In this document: positions 17,414 to 26,488 of the stretch, piece after piece
Layout of the letters: every line of letters starts with the position of its first letter
How positions within the stretch are numbered: the first letter of the stretch is position 1
Assembly: GCA_964244895.1 (NCBI GenBank)
Contig: CAXTKV010000046.1
Location: 1 to 29,126 of the forward strand
DNA: 29,126 nt
Direction: 5' to 3'
From: an uncultured Deinococcales bacterium
GTDB lineage: Bacteria; Deinococcota; Deinococci; Deinococcales; JAAFIG01
Made by a program: the position numbers and the translations under genes
Notes under the pieces: generated by a model
What the model was told of the DNA's origin: nothing
The model's input: only the letters and a program-made list of their open reading frames with translations
Database searches by the model: none

Positions 17414-18445
17414 TCAAGCGCGGGCTGCGGCTTTGGGTGCGGGCGCGTCGGTGTAGCCATTCGCCCGGAACCACGTCACGGCGTCTCGGGCGGTTTCGTT
17501 GAAATCCCGGAAGTGCGCGCCCAATTCTCGGATGGCTTTCTCGCTGCTGGCGGCTTCCTTGCCGAGCATCGTCTTGACGCCCGCGACCGTCATGCTGGAG
17601 GGTTGTTTGGTGATGGCGGATACGCGCTCCGTGATCCAGGCGACGGCCAGCGCGGCGGGTGCGGGTAACGTCGTTCTGGGTGCGGGCACGCCGCTGGCGC
17701 GTTCGATGGCCTTGCCCAGTTCCGCCAGGCTGATGTAGGTGCCGGCCAGGATGTAATGCTCGTTCGGTTGGCTCTTTTCGAGCGCCAGGATCATGCCGTT
17801 GGCCACGTCGCGCACGTCTACGGCGGTCGTGCCACCGTCCAGGAGCGCGGGCATTTTGCGCGCCAGCAAATCCAGCACGACCTGACCGCCCGCCGTGGGT
17901 GCGGCGTCACCGGGGCCGTGCATCCAGCCCGGATGGACGGTCACGACCTCGAGCTTTGATGTTTTTGCGAATGCGTCGATCGCGTCATCGGCTTTTTTCT
18001 TGCTGCGGAAGTACAGGTTGGCCATCTGGTTGGTGGTGGGTGGCGTGTTCTCGTCGCCGGGTCGGTGGCCGGGTTTCATGCCGATCACGCCGCTGGAACT
18101 GGTGTGCACGGCGCGTTTGACGCCCGCGCGTTCGGCGGCCCGTAGGAGTTCGATGGTCGCGGTCACGTTCAGTTTCTCGAGCACCGGCCAGTGGTCGCCG
18201 GGCGCGTAGTACTCGCGGAAGTAGGCCGCCGTGTGAAAGAGCGCGTCGCAGCCTTGAAGGGCATTCGCGAAGCCGGGAACGTTATCCAGGTCGCCTTCGA
18301 TAATTTCAACCTTCAATCCACCCAGGATGTTCTGGGCTTTTTGTTTGGATCGCACCAGCGCTTTGACTTCGTAGCCGCGCTCCAGAAGCGCGCGGATCAG
18401 GTTGTTGCCGAGGAATCCCGTGCTGCCCGTCACGAATGCTTTCAT
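17414..18445 (-). CDS. NAD-dependent epimerase/dehydratase (extended SDR, dihydroflavonol reductase-like)
   Basis: 'VTGSTGFLG', 'FHTAA', 'HTSS', 'YFRSK' (YxxxK), 'VDVRDVA'; RBS AGGAG. Confidence 0.92.
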   Translation of the reverse strand: MKAFVTGSTGFLGNNLIRALLERGYEVKALVRSKQKAQNILGGLKVEIIEGDLDNVPGFANALQGCDALFHTAAYFREYYAPGDHWPVLEKLNVTATIELLRAAERAGVKRAVHTSSSGVIGMKPGHRPGDENTPPTTNQMANLYFRSKKKADDAIDAFAKTSKLEVVTVHPGWMHGPGDAAPTAGGQVVLDLLARKMPALLDGGTTAVDVRDVANGMILALEKSQPNEHYILAGTYISLAELGKAIERASGVPAPRTTLPAPAALAVAWITERVSAITKQPSSMTVAGVKTMLGKEAASSEKAIRELGAHFRDFNETARDAVTWFRANGYTDAPAPKAAARA

Positions 18446-18515
18446 GATCTCTCCTATCGGTGGGTTCTCGAGATTTCGTGCCGTGGTTTCGAGCTGAACT
18501 TTCGAGTCGCAAGAA

Positions 18516-18545
18516 AAGTTAACAATATGTAAACAAATTTGTCAA
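18516..18545 (-). promoter_or_regulatory. Sigma70-type promoter with overlapping palindromic operator
   Basis: TTGACA-N18-TAACTT on minus strand; imperfect palindrome GTTAACA-ata-TGTAAAC at 18518-18534. Confidence 0.65.
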
Positions 18546-18610
18546 GACGATCCTCGGCTCGCCCATACTTTTCACGTCCCAGAAGCCCTGACCTTCTCGA
18601 GTCAGCGGGA

Positions 18611-18635
18611 TCGAGAACACCGTTCTGGACTCGAG
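18611..18635. repeat. Palindromic repeat family, singleton
   Basis: tcgaga-acaccgttctgga-ctcgag. Confidence 0.75.
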
Positions 18636-18711
18636 AAACCTGAACTCTCGCCGCACTTCGCACCCAGCCAGCACTCGAGATCGTTCTCGCCTCGAACTCC
18701 AAACCCGGCTT

Positions 18712-18763
18712 CTCGAGAACACCGTGCGGGACGCAGATCACAAAACACGTCCTGCACGGTGTT
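18712..18763. repeat. Palindromic repeat doublet, 12-nt spacer, compensatory variant
   Basis: ctcgaga-acaccgtGcgggacgc-agatcacaaaac-acgtcctgCacggtgt. Confidence 0.9.
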
Positions 18764-18784
18764 TCTGATGTCAACCCGGACAAC

Positions 18785-18813
18785 TTGCCCGGTCTGGCGC
18801 ATCCTGGTACACT
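18785..18813 (+). promoter_or_regulatory. Promoter of rpsF-ssb-rpsR-rplI operon
   Basis: TTGCCC-N17-TACACT with extended -10 TG. Confidence 0.7.
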
Positions 18814-18876
18814 TTCAACCTGCGCCATCTGGCGCGGCTTTTGCTGTCAATCTACGAACAAAAGGGGGTGAAACAC

Positions 18877-19194
18877 ATGGCTACATACGATCTGAACCTG
18901 ATCCTCAACCCGAACCTCGACGCCGCCCAGCTCGCGGTCGAAAAGGAATACATCGAGAACACCATCAAGAACGTCGGCGGCACCATCGCCGCGCTCGAAG
19001 AGTGGGGCAACCGCCGCATGGCCTACACGATCCAGAAGGACCGCGAGGGCTATTACCTGATCTACAAGCTCGAACTGACGACCGACAAGACCAACGAGAT
19101 CCAGACGAGCTTGCGCCTGCGCGACCACATCCGCCGTCTGCTCGTGGTCCGTCACCGTCCCGAGTGGTCCACCAAGAAGAAGGTCGCAGCGTGA
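18877..19194 (+). CDS. rpsF: 30S ribosomal protein S6
   Basis: 'YDLNLILNPNL', 'WGNRRMAYTIQK..EGYY'; RBS GGGGGTG; operon context. Confidence 0.97.
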   Translation: MATYDLNLILNPNLDAAQLAVEKEYIENTIKNVGGTIAALEEWGNRRMAYTIQKDREGYYLIYKLELTTDKTNEIQTSLRLRDHIRRLLVVRHRPEWSTKKKVAA

Positions 19195-19356
19195 TCCCGA
19201 GTCAAAACTTGGCACGGATCGTTTCGTAAATGCGTGACTCGAGACGATCGTTCGACTGAAGTTCAGCCGAGATTTCGACATGAAGTGCAGGGTTGAGCGC
19301 TCGGGATACGATAGGGCTGCATCGCACATCACGAAGAATTCGAGCGGAGGCCAGAT

Positions 19357-20235
19357 ATGGCACGAGGACTCAACCACGTTTACCTGCTGGGCGCACTCGC
19401 CCGCGACCCGGAATTGCGCTACACGCCGACCGGAACCGCGATCGCTGACCTGACCATCGCCGGTGAGGACAACATCGTCGGCAACGACGGCAAGGCCCGC
19501 AGCCTGCCCTGGTATCACCGCGTCAGCTTGCTGGGCAAGCAAGCCGAAGGCATCTCGGATCAGTTCAAAGCCGGGGACGCCGTGATGATCGAAGGCGCAC
19601 TGGAATTCCGCACTTGGGACGACAAGACCACGGGCGCGAAACGAAGCGCCGTCAACGTGAAAGCGCTCCGGCTCGAGGGCGCGAGCTATGGCAACCGCGC
19701 GGAACCAACCACGCGCGATTCTCGGGACGGCTATCGCTTAACGAACGCCATGAACGAAGTCGTGCTGATCGGCAACCTGACGCGCGACGCGGAATTGCGC
19801 TACACCCCATCCGGCGATGCCGTCACGACCATTTCCGTGGCCGTCAACGAATCCTGGAAGGACAAGACCGGCAACTGGCAGGAAAAAACGCACTTCGTCG
19901 AGATCAACCTCTGGCGCGAACTCGCAGAGAGCGCCGGCGAACTCCGCAAGGGCGATCCCGTGATGGTCATGGGCCGACTCGTCAACGAGTCTTGGACGGA
20001 CAAGGAAGGCAACAAACGCAACTCCACCAGAGTTGAAGGAAGACGCATTGAAGCCCTTTCTCGCGGCCCCGGAGCGCCTGGCAGCGCTGGAGCCACCTCG
20101 GGTGCAGGCCGTCAAGTCAGCGGCGATGCACCCTCGCGCGATCGAGCACCCGCTCGAGGCGCAGGGTCCCGTGCGGGATTGGACATTGATGATGGCTTAC
20201 AAGAATTCCCGCCAGAAGAAGACCTCCCATTCTGA
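19357..20235 (+). CDS. ssb: Single-stranded DNA-binding protein, Deinococcus/Thermus two-OB-fold type
   Basis: Two OB folds ('GLNHVYLLGALARDPELRYTP' and 'MNEVVLIGNLTRDAELRYTP'), acidic tail 'PPEEDLPF'. Confidence 0.98.
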   Translation: MARGLNHVYLLGALARDPELRYTPTGTAIADLTIAGEDNIVGNDGKARSLPWYHRVSLLGKQAEGISDQFKAGDAVMIEGALEFRTWDDKTTGAKRSAVNVKALRLEGASYGNRAEPTTRDSRDGYRLTNAMNEVVLIGNLTRDAELRYTPSGDAVTTISVAVNESWKDKTGNWQEKTHFVEINLWRELAESAGELRKGDPVMVMGRLVNESWTDKEGNKRNSTRVEGRRIEALSRGPGAPGSAGATSGAGRQVSGDAPSRDRAPARGAGSRAGLDIDDGLQEFPPEEDLPF

Positions 20236-20330
20236 GGTCATCAAGGTTGGGCTCTGACCTGGAGCCTGACCGAGAAACGAAGGGCTGAAACTCGAACGCT
20301 CGAGCGCCCATATGAAGGAGCACCCCAATC

Positions 20331-20633
20331 ATGCCAAACGAACGCTCAAGCGGTGGAAACCGCGACCGTGACGACCGCGAGCGCAAGCCGCGCGGCAAAG
20401 GCCCTAAGCGCCCGCGCAAGCCGAAAGTCGACCCGTTCAAGACGGGCGAACTCGAGGTCACGGACTACCACGATGTCAAGATGCTGCGCCGCTTCATCAG
20501 CGACACCGGCAAGATCCTGCCGCGCCGCCGCACGGGCGTCAACGCCAAGAACCAGCGCCGTCTGGCCTTGACCATCAAGCGCGCCCGCCAGATCGCCCTG
20601 ATTCCCTTCACCGAGAAACTGGTGCGCCGATGA
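20331..20633 (+). CDS. rpsR: 30S ribosomal protein S18
   Basis: '[25 protein letters not shown]...[12 protein letters not shown]'. Confidence 0.97.
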   Translation: MPNERSSGGNRDRDDRERKPRGKGPKRPRKPKVDPFKTGELEVTDYHDVKMLRRFISDTGKILPRRRTGVNAKNQRRLALTIKRARQIALIPFTEKLVRR

Positions 20634-21073
20634 GGGTCATCCTGCTCGAGCCGGTGCTCAACCTCGGCGCGACGGGAACCGTCGTCGAAGTCAAGCCCGG
20701 TTACGCCCGCAACTTCCTGGTGCCGCGCGGACTGGCTCTGCCCGCCACCTCGCAGAACCTCAAGTCGCTCGAAGCCCAGGCGCGTTCGCGCGCCAAGAAG
20801 CTCGAGGCCGTCAAGACCGAAGCCGAAAAGCTGGCCGGTCAGCTCGCGGAACTGGTCGTGGAGCTCAAAGCCAAGTCTGGCGAGGGCAAGATTTACGGTT
20901 CGATCACCTCTCAGGCCGTGGCGGACGCGGTCGAAACCCAGACGGGTCTGGCCATCGACCGCCGCAAGATCGAGATGGGCAAGGCCATCAAGGACCTCGG
21001 CGAGTACGAGGTCGTGTACAAGCCTCACCCGGAAGTGCCGATCAAGATCAAGCTCAACGTCGTCGCGCTGTAA
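20630..21073 (+). CDS. rplI: 50S ribosomal protein L9
   Basis: '[32 protein letters not shown]', 'GKIYGSIT'. Confidence 0.98.
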   Translation: MRVILLEPVLNLGATGTVVEVKPGYARNFLVPRGLALPATSQNLKSLEAQARSRAKKLEAVKTEAEKLAGQLAELVVELKAKSGEGKIYGSITSQAVADAVETQTGLAIDRRKIEMGKAIKDLGEYEVVYKPHPEVPIKIKLNVVAL

Positions 21074-21087
21074 ATTGCGATCGCGTT

Positions 21088-21123
21088 CTCGAGGGTCGGG
21101 ATTCCCCGGCCCTCGGGTTTTTT
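21088..21123 (+). terminator. Intrinsic terminator after rplI
   Basis: ctcgagggtcggg-attc-cccggccctcggg-tttttt. Confidence 0.85.
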
Positions 21124-21168
21124 GTGGCTCGGGCCTGAACGAGGCGTTCTCGAGCGATTTCTTTTTTC

Positions 21169-21219
21169 GCACCGTCCAGCACGCAAATCAGAAATGGCGT
21201 GCTGGACGGTGCTCTCGAG
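21169..21219. repeat. Palindromic repeat doublet, perfect 16-bp variant IR, 12-nt spacer
   Basis: gcaccgtccagcacgc-aaatcagaaatg-gcgtgctggacggtgc-t-ctcgag. Confidence 0.93.
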
Positions 21220-21407
21220 ATTGACCCGCCGATGATACGCGGGCGGAAACGTCTCCGGATCAGGGCGGGTCGCAGACCTGCCCCGACGAGAACCCTGTCG
21301 TGTAAGACAATTCGTGTTCGATGGCGCGAGAAAACGTCGCCGCTCGAGGCTTCGATCTCGGGCTTCTCATGTTGCCCGCGTCAGTCACCGGGTTACAATC
21401 GAACCCC

Positions 21408-21896
21408 ATGTTCAAGCTCGCACTTCTGATTTTCGCGATCGCCGCCCTCGCGTGTTCCGTGGCCGATGCCAGAGGTTACGGCGCGTCCACGCAGGCGGAA
21501 ATTCAGGTCATGCAACTCATCAACTCGGCCAGGGCGCAGGGCACGCGCTGCGCGGGCGGCGGGGGTGGCGCCCGATTGGGGCCGCTCGCGTTCAACCCGA
21601 CCTTGCGCGCGACCGCGATCGGGCACGCCCGGAACATGCGCGGGTACAACTTCATCTCGCATTACTGGCGCGGCGTCGGCCCCAGAACCCGCGTGGCTCG
21701 AGCTGGGTACAGGTATTTGCGGATGTCGGAAATCATCTACATGTACGCGGGGCGCGGTCGCCCGGAGGACGCGGTGCGCTGGTGGTTGCGCTCCCCGGTG
21801 CATTGCCGCGCGATCATGAACCAGTATTACACCAGCTTCGGTGCCGGGTACGGTGGCGGTGGCGCGTGGGACGTGATCCTGGCGCAACCGAACTGA
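21408..21896 (+). CDS. Secreted CAP/SCP domain protein
   Basis: Signal peptide; 'LINSARAQG', 'HARNM....FISH', 'WLRSPVHCRAIMN'; TACAAT 8 nt upstream of ATG 21408. Confidence 0.9.
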   Translation: MFKLALLIFAIAALACSVADARGYGASTQAEIQVMQLINSARAQGTRCAGGGGGARLGPLAFNPTLRATAIGHARNMRGYNFISHYWRGVGPRTRVARAGYRYLRMSEIIYMYAGRGRPEDAVRWWLRSPVHCRAIMNQYYTSFGAGYGGGGAWDVILAQPN

Positions 21897-21931
21897 GTTT
21901 GCAGCGGAGGCTCGTTGGCTCGGAGTCGAAG

Positions 21932-21994
21932 CTCGAGGGCACCATCTGGGACGCATCATTTCGCTCTTTGAACATACTGTGTCCGACGGTGTTC
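21932..21994. repeat. Palindromic repeat doublet, degenerate, 22-nt spacer
   Basis: ctcgagg-gcaccatctgggacgc (21939-21954) ... ctgtgtccgacggtgt (21977-21992). Confidence 0.75.
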
Positions 21995-22011
21995 GTGTAA
22001 AGTCCCCGAGC

Positions 22012-22039
22012 TTGATCGGGCCAGCCTGAACGGTAGAAT
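22012..22039 (+). promoter_or_regulatory. Putative dnaB promoter
   Basis: TTGATC-N16-TAGAAT. Confidence 0.5.
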
Positions 22040-22149
22040 GCCCGAACCCAACCCAGGCTCGAGCACTTTCGCGCCTGGGTTGACCATCCGAGCCGCGCGA
22101 GACCTGACGCTTTTCTCAACTCACGAACACCCGCGATGAAAGACACCGA

Positions 22150-23511
22150 ATGAGCATCGAACCCGGCCCGAGCCGCATCCCACCCAGCAACCTCGACGCG
22201 GAAAGCAGCGTCCTGGGTTCCATCCTGCTGGACAACGATTCGTACAACCAGCTCGAGGGACAGGTTCGCCCGGAAATGTTCTACAAGGAGGCGAACCGCA
22301 AGATTTTCGCCGCCATGGAAGACCTGATCTCGCGCGGCGCGCCGGTGGACACCGTCACCATCGTCGAGGAGTTGCGCACCCGCAACCAGATCGACGAGGT
22401 CGGCGGCGTGGCCTACATCGTCGGCCTGGCGGACGCCGTGCCGACCAGCGTGTACGCGAGTTTCTATGGGCAGATCGTGCAGGAAAAAGCCAGCCTGCGC
22501 AGCCTGATCGCGGCCTCGAGCAAAATCATGCAGCTCGCCTTCGACGAGGCCGCGCCGGTCGGTGAACTGATGGATCGTGCGGAAAAGCTGATCTTCGACG
22601 TGGCGCAACAAAAGCGCGCGGATCGCTTCGCGGAAATGAAGGATCTGGTTAACGAGACCTTCAAGTACATTTCCCAACTGGCCGAAAATCCGGGATTGAC
22701 CACCGGCGTGTCCACCGGATTCCGCGACCTGGACGAGATGACGACCGGGTTGCAACCGGGGTCGTTGAACGTGCTGGCGGCCAGACCTTCGATGGGAAAA
22801 ACCGCGTTCGCGCTCTCCATCGCGCAGAACGTCGCCGTGCGCGGCGGCAAGACGGTCGCGGTCTTCAGCCTCGAGATGCCCGCCACCCAACTGGTCTTGC
22901 GCATGCTCTGCTCGGAGGCCCGCGTGGACATGAACCGCGTGCGCTCCGGGCAGTTGAACGAACGCGATTTCGAGCGGCTGGTCAACGCGGCGGATCGTTT
23001 GCATCAGGCTCCGGTTTTCATCGACGACGTGCCCGATCTGAACGTGATCGAGTTGAGATCCCGAGCGCGCAGGCTGATGGCGGAACGCGATTTGCAACTG
23101 ATCGTGATCGACTACTTGCAACTGATGAACGGCAACCCTGGGCGCAGCGGCGGCGGTGGAGGAGATGGCAACCGCCAGCAAGAAATTGCCACGATCTCGA
23201 GAAGCCTGAAGTCCCTGGCGCGCGAATTGAACATTCCCGTGCTGGTGCTTTCCCAGCTCTCCAGGCAGGTGGAATCCAGACCGAACCACCGTCCGATGCT
23301 GTCGGATCTTCGCGAATCGGGCGCGATCGAGCAGGACGCCGACCTGGTCGCGTTCATTTACCGCGACGAGTATTACAACAAGGAATCCGAGAAGCAGGGC
23401 ATCGCGGAAATCATCATCGGCAAGCAGCGCAACGGCCCGGTCGGAACGTGCGAGTTGCAGTTTCACTCGCAGCACGTGCGCTTCAACGACCTGGCGAAAG
23501 ACGGCGTTTAG
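22150..23511 (+). CDS. dnaB: Replicative DNA helicase
   Basis: 'PPSNLDAESSVLGSIL', Walker A 'AARPSMGKT', 'FSLEM', 'IDYLQLM', 'LSQLSR', 'DLRESGAIEQDAD', 'KQRNGPVG'; no intein. Confidence 0.98.
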   Translation: MSIEPGPSRIPPSNLDAESSVLGSILLDNDSYNQLEGQVRPEMFYKEANRKIFAAMEDLISRGAPVDTVTIVEELRTRNQIDEVGGVAYIVGLADAVPTSVYASFYGQIVQEKASLRSLIAASSKIMQLAFDEAAPVGELMDRAEKLIFDVAQQKRADRFAEMKDLVNETFKYISQLAENPGLTTGVSTGFRDLDEMTTGLQPGSLNVLAARPSMGKTAFALSIAQNVAVRGGKTVAVFSLEMPATQLVLRMLCSEARVDMNRVRSGQLNERDFERLVNAADRLHQAPVFIDDVPDLNVIELRSRARRLMAERDLQLIVIDYLQLMNGNPGRSGGGGGDGNRQQEIATISRSLKSLARELNIPVLVLSQLSRQVESRPNHRPMLSDLRESGAIEQDADLVAFIYRDEYYNKESEKQGIAEIIIGKQRNGPVGTCELQFHSQHVRFNDLAKDGV

Positions 23512-23536
23512 CGCGAGCTCGAGAATCACTCTTTTC

Positions 23537-23600
23537 CAGGAATACCGTCCCAGACAGTGTTTTTACCGCTCGAAAAAATGCGTGTGGGACGGTATTCCTG
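23537..23600. repeat. Palindromic repeat doublet, 22-nt spacer, concerted variant
   Basis: caggaataccgtccca / tgggacggtattcctg perfect 16-bp IR; between convergent dnaB and fni. Confidence 0.9.
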
Positions 23601-23635
23601 ATTCCTCGAGACTCCCAGGCGCGGGCAGGTTTCTC

Positions 23636-24649
23636 TTACTCGAGGTGCGGCACGTCCTGAACTGACCGGACGCCCGCGATGAACAGCGAGATGCGCAGCT
23701 CGTAGATCAGCTTCTCGAGCACCGCGATGACGGCCTCAGGCCCTTCCAGCGCGGGTTCCAGCAAGGGTTTGGCGATGGCGGCGACGCTCGCCCCGAGGGC
23801 GAGGCTTTTGGCGATATCCAGCCCGGTGCGAATCCCGCCCGAGGCGATCAAAGGTGTGCCGGGCGCCGCCGCGCGGCACTCGCGCAAAGCTTGAGCCGTG
23901 GGCAGCCCGACCTCGCACAGGTCGGCGTGCCGCAGTTCGCCGTAACGCGAGAAACTCTCGACCTTCGCCCAGGACGTGCCGCCCGCTCCGGCCACGTCGA
24001 GCGCGGCGAAACCGACCTTCCGCACGGACGCGGCCACGCTACCCGATAAGCCGTGCCCGACTTCCTTGAGGATCACCGGACGCCCGACCTCGGGGACGAT
24101 GCGCTCCAGCGCCGGGATCAGGTCGGCAAAATCCGTGTCGCCACCGGGTTGCATCGCTTCCTGCAATGGGTTCGTGTGGAACGCGATGGCGTCCGCACCG
24201 ACCAGCTCAATCGCGTCTCGCGCGTGGCGGGCCGCGTAACCCTTACGGAATTGCGCCACGCCCAGATTCCCGATCAGCAGCACGTCCGGCGCGTGCTGGC
24301 GCACCTGAAAGCTTTTTCGAGCATCCGTATTCTCGAGCATCACGCGCTGAGAGCCGAGCATCAAGCCCACACCGACGGCTTGCGCGGCGATGGCCAGGTT
24401 CTGGTTGATCGTCGCCGCGCGTTCCGCCCCGCCCGTCATCGCGCCGATCAGAATCGGGGCGTGCAAGCGTTTATCCAGGAAGCTCGTGCCCAGCCCGACA
24501 TCCTCGAGCCGAAGTTCCGGAAGCGCGCAGTAAGGCCAGTTCACGCGCTCCAGACCGGTGGTTTTGGTGGTGTACTCGACCGGGTATTCCAGGCAGACCT
24601 GGATGTGCTTGAGCTTGCGCGCCTGGATCGGTTCGGGTTGTGCGCTCAC
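23636..24649 (-). CDS. fni: Type 2 isopentenyl-diphosphate delta-isomerase
   Basis: 'RKLKHIQVCL', 'AMTGG', 'GSQR', 'NPLQEAMQP.GD', 'KEVG', 'GAGGTSW', 'ASGGIR'; GTG 24649 preceded by TAGGCT (7 nt). Confidence 0.95.
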   Translation of the reverse strand: MSAQPEPIQARKLKHIQVCLEYPVEYTTKTTGLERVNWPYCALPELRLEDVGLGTSFLDKRLHAPILIGAMTGGAERAATINQNLAIAAQAVGVGLMLGSQRVMLENTDARKSFQVRQHAPDVLLIGNLGVAQFRKGYAARHARDAIELVGADAIAFHTNPLQEAMQPGGDTDFADLIPALERIVPEVGRPVILKEVGHGLSGSVAASVRKVGFAALDVAGAGGTSWAKVESFSRYGELRHADLCEVGLPTAQALRECRAAAPGTPLIASGGIRTGLDIAKSLALGASVAAIAKPLLEPALEGPEAVIAVLEKLIYELRISLFIAGVRSVQDVPHLE

Positions 24650-24823
24650 GCCCCCGAGCCTACCGCGCGCGGGTGAGGGAGAACCCTTACAGCCCCAAGC
24701 TCCAGTCCCGAACCGTGAGGTCTGCTCGCTCTTTACGGGTCGTTGCAGCTCGAGCGAAATGAACGCGAGCAATTCATCTCGAGCCTCGAAGCGCACCGTG
24801 AAATGTGAAAAGATACGGACACG

Positions 24824-25966
24824 ATGAACGAAGAAGACATCCTGGTGATCGGCGCTGGCCCCGCTGGACTGGCGGTATCGGCTTGCCTGAGCCGCTTGGG
24901 TCTTCCTCACGCGGTCGTGGAACGCGAGATGACCGTCGCTTCGAGCTGGCGCAAGCACTACGACCGGCTTCGCCTGCACACCACCAAGCGCTTCTCTGCC
25001 CTGCCGTTCTCGCCCTGGCCGCCCGAGTCACCGGGGTATCCGTCTCGCGATCAGGTCGTGGATTACTTGCAGCGGTACGCCACGGAACATCGGGTTGCGC
25101 CCCGACTCGGTGTCTTTGTCAAGAGCGTTCGGCGCGCAGGCGAGCGTTTCGAGGTGGAAACCAGCGCCGGTACCATGACACCGCGTTTCGTGGTGGTGGC
25201 GACCGGCAACAACGCCGTGCCGGTGAACCCTGCGTTTCCTGGACTCGAACAGTTTGCGGGCAGCGTCGTACACGCTCAGCAGTACGAGAACGCGGAGCCC
25301 TACGCGGGCAAACGCACGCTGGTGGTGGGTTGCGGCAACTCGGGCGCGGAAATCGCGCTCGACCTGGCGGAACACGGTGTGGACGTGGCCATGGTGGTGC
25401 GCGGGCCGGTTCACGTGATCCCGCGCGATCTTTTTGGGCAACCCAGCCAGACGACCGGGGTGCTGCTTTCGCCCCTGCCGATGGCCGCGCGCGACGCCAT
25501 CGTCGGGGCGGTCATGCGCGTCGTGGTCGGTGATCTTTCGCGCTGGGGAATCGTGCGCCCAGAGGTCGGGATGAACCGGATGATGTCGGATACGGGGCGC
25601 ATTCCGATGCTGGATCTCGGGACGGTGGCCATGATCAAGCAAGGCAAAATTCGGGTGCTGCCGGGCGTGACAAAGGTTCTTTCTGACCGCGCGCGGTTCG
25701 CGGATGGCAGCGCGCACCCGTTCGAGGCGATCATCCTGGCGACGGGTTACACGCCGGGACTGAGCCGCATCATCGAAGGCTTTGAAACCATCTCGGATTC
25801 GCGCGGCAGACCGCACCATCTCGGCGCGGGAACAGACATCGCGGGATTGTACTTCGTCGGTTTTCAAAGCACGACCACTGGAGCCCTACGAGAGATCGCG
25901 TTCGAGGCGCGTCGCGTCGCGGCTGCGCTCAGTCATCAGATGAGCGCAGCCAATGCGACGGAGTGA
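24824..25966 (+). CDS. Flavin-containing monooxygenase (class B, YUCCA-like)
   Basis: GAGPAG, 'WRKHYDRLRLH', ATG motif, FxGxxxHxxxY (FAGSVVHAQQY), GCGNSG, 'LATGY'. Confidence 0.92.
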   Translation: MNEEDILVIGAGPAGLAVSACLSRLGLPHAVVEREMTVASSWRKHYDRLRLHTTKRFSALPFSPWPPESPGYPSRDQVVDYLQRYATEHRVAPRLGVFVKSVRRAGERFEVETSAGTMTPRFVVVATGNNAVPVNPAFPGLEQFAGSVVHAQQYENAEPYAGKRTLVVGCGNSGAEIALDLAEHGVDVAMVVRGPVHVIPRDLFGQPSQTTGVLLSPLPMAARDAIVGAVMRVVVGDLSRWGIVRPEVGMNRMMSDTGRIPMLDLGTVAMIKQGKIRVLPGVTKVLSDRARFADGSAHPFEAIILATGYTPGLSRIIEGFETISDSRGRPHHLGAGTDIAGLYFVGFQSTTTGALREIAFEARRVAAALSHQMSAANATE

Positions 25967-26081
25967 CAACATCAACCGATGTGCATCGGGCGCGCGATCA
26001 CGCTCGAGCGGTGCGCCATTCATGCCAGAGCCTGATCTGATTTTAGACTGTTGATCTGAGGCCGCGACTCAAAAGGAGCGT

Positions 26082-26456
26082 ATGAAAGCGATCCACAAAG
26101 CCTGGAACGATGTCGAATCCGAGCAGCTCTCGAAGCTGATCACGCGCCGGTACGTGCACGGCGAACAGGCGATGGTCGCGCGGTTCGATCTGAAATCGGG
26201 TGCGGTCGTGGCGTGGCACGAACACCCGAACGAACAGATCAGCCTGTTGCTCGAGGGACGCGCGCGGTTTTCATTTCGCGATGAAGACGGCGAATACGTT
26301 CTCGAGGCGGTCGCGGGTGACACGGTCGTGATTCCGGGCGGCGTGCCGCACCGCGTGGAAGCGCTCGAGGATGCGCGGGCTTTCGATGTGTTCGCGCCGC
26401 CGCGCGAGGACTGGTTGCGGGCTGAAGACGCGTACCTGCGCGAGCCTCAGGGCTGA
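26082..26456 (+). CDS. Cupin domain protein
   Basis: 'WHEHPNEQ', 'IPGGVPH', 'DVFAPPREDW'; RBS AAGGAG. Confidence 0.9.
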   Translation: MKAIHKAWNDVESEQLSKLITRRYVHGEQAMVARFDLKSGAVVAWHEHPNEQISLLLEGRARFSFRDEDGEYVLEAVAGDTVVIPGGVPHRVEALEDARAFDVFAPPREDWLRAEDAYLREPQG

Positions 26457-26488
26457 GTCGGGCTCAGGAAGCCGGGAAAAGGAGACCC

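Noticed and set aside
19222..19237. Radiation-desiccation response motif (RDRM) upstream of ssb
   Set aside because: tttcgtaaatgcgtga is one base short of the 17-bp RDRM palindrome and mismatched; not supportable.
19357..20235. Duplicated OB fold in SSB as a novelty or frameshifted gene
   Set aside because: Two-OB-fold SSB is the established Deinococcus/Thermus form, and the frame is intact.
22150..23511. Intein in DnaB
   Set aside because: 453 aa with contiguous helicase motifs; only a short Gly-rich loop insertion.
21814..23529. Long antisense and alternative-frame ORFs (e.g. 578-1894, 4021-5415, 21814-23529, 27664-28932)
   Set aside because: Typical high-GC shadow ORFs overlapping well-supported genes, with no recognisable motifs.
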